This document shows positions 63,407-64,000 of a stretch of DNA of 64,000 nucleotides, in pieces. The notes beneath the pieces were generated by a model. That model worked only from the letters and a program-made list of their open reading frames with translations, was not told where the DNA came from and did not search any database. Position 1 is the first letter of the stretch. Each line of letters opens with the position of its first letter. The stretch spans positions 14,446,001-14,510,000 of the forward strand of contig NC_043000.1 of NCBI RefSeq assembly GCF_006345805.1, written 5' to 3'. The stretch is from Octopus sinensis (lineage: Eukaryota). Both the position numbers and the translations under genes were made by a program.

Positions 63407-63700
63407 TGTAGTGAGTGCATGATTTGAATATAGAGGCACCCACCTTCTCTTCTTAGTGACGGAGACCCTCCAGTGATGACTAGTCCTTCCTCACAGCCTC
63501 GACCCGAACACTAACGATAGCAGCTGCTAGCCCAAACCCTTAGCGACGTCCTCACATGTCTTGTCCCCTGCACGACCCACGTTGGAAAAGGGCGCAATTT
63601 CCGCTGCCTGCGCACGCCTGACGGCTGACCCCTTCCGCTTGCCCCAGCTTCCGGTCAACGCACCCGGCTGCTGACGTCCAGCTGCTGACGTCATCCCACA
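63407..63700 (-). mobile_element. 3' LTR of a Ty3/Gypsy retrotransposon (294 bp)
   Basis: Minus strand TGTGGG...CACTACA, directly after purine-rich AGGGTGGCG and the pol stop codon. Confidence 0.8.
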
Positions 63701-63713
63701 CGCCACCCTGATC

Positions 63714-64000
63714 TTAAAGATCACAATCTCTCTGCTCCATGTTGTAGTCCACCATCCAACCGGGAGAGCGCCTTGCTCGTCGAGATCTTCTCAAGCTGGG
63801 CTCCTCGTTCTCCCCCTCTCCAGAATCATCGTCCGTCAAAGCAACAATCCTGCGAAGGTCCAAGACGTGTCGTGGTGTTCCATCTACGGATACGTTGCTT
63901 CTGGAATTGATCGCCGTCACCGTTCCTCTGCTCCATTGAGACGTACAGCGCGCCTTTGGTGGCTTGACCCGGACTTCCTCCCCTATTTTCACGCGAACGG
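63714..64000 (-). CDS. Ty3/Gypsy pol (integrase) C-terminus; ORF runs off the window
   Basis: IGEEVRVKPP...W..GTVT...VSVDG..RHV.DLR and LRRSRRARRSPGWMVDY motifs; open frame, CpG-rich. Confidence 0.8.
   Translation of the reverse strand, partial: VRVKIGEEVRVKPPKARCTSQWSRGTVTAINSRSNVSVDGTPRHVLDLRRIVALTDDDSGEGENEEPSLRRSRRARRSPGWMVDYNMEQRDCDL

Overview
AT-rich, repeat-saturated eukaryotic (metazoan) genomic DNA with one 100-N gap. The SINE, LINE and MITE families and the dense microsatellites look like those of an Octopus genome; this is an inference from pattern recognition, not a database search. Only one credible host coding region is visible: a 299-aa minus-strand ORF (23404-24303) wholly inside one exon with clean splice sites. 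The rest is transposon debris: three tRNA-headed SINE groups, RTE- and CR1-clade LINE fragments, mariner/Tc1 remnants, piggyBac, hAT and Tc2-like MITEs, six non-autonomous Helitrons and the 3' end of a young Gypsy LTR element. The most interesting signal is a set of minimal type-I hammerhead-ribozyme-like motifs with non-canonical cores. CUGUNGA (A6U) occurs in a ~215-bp non-coding repeat present as a tandem dimer and as dispersed copies (retrozyme-like). CCGANGA (U4C) occurs in (TA)n-embedded, often palindromic, Penelope-like islands. Coordinates were read by eye and may be off by a few bases; ribozyme activity is untested.
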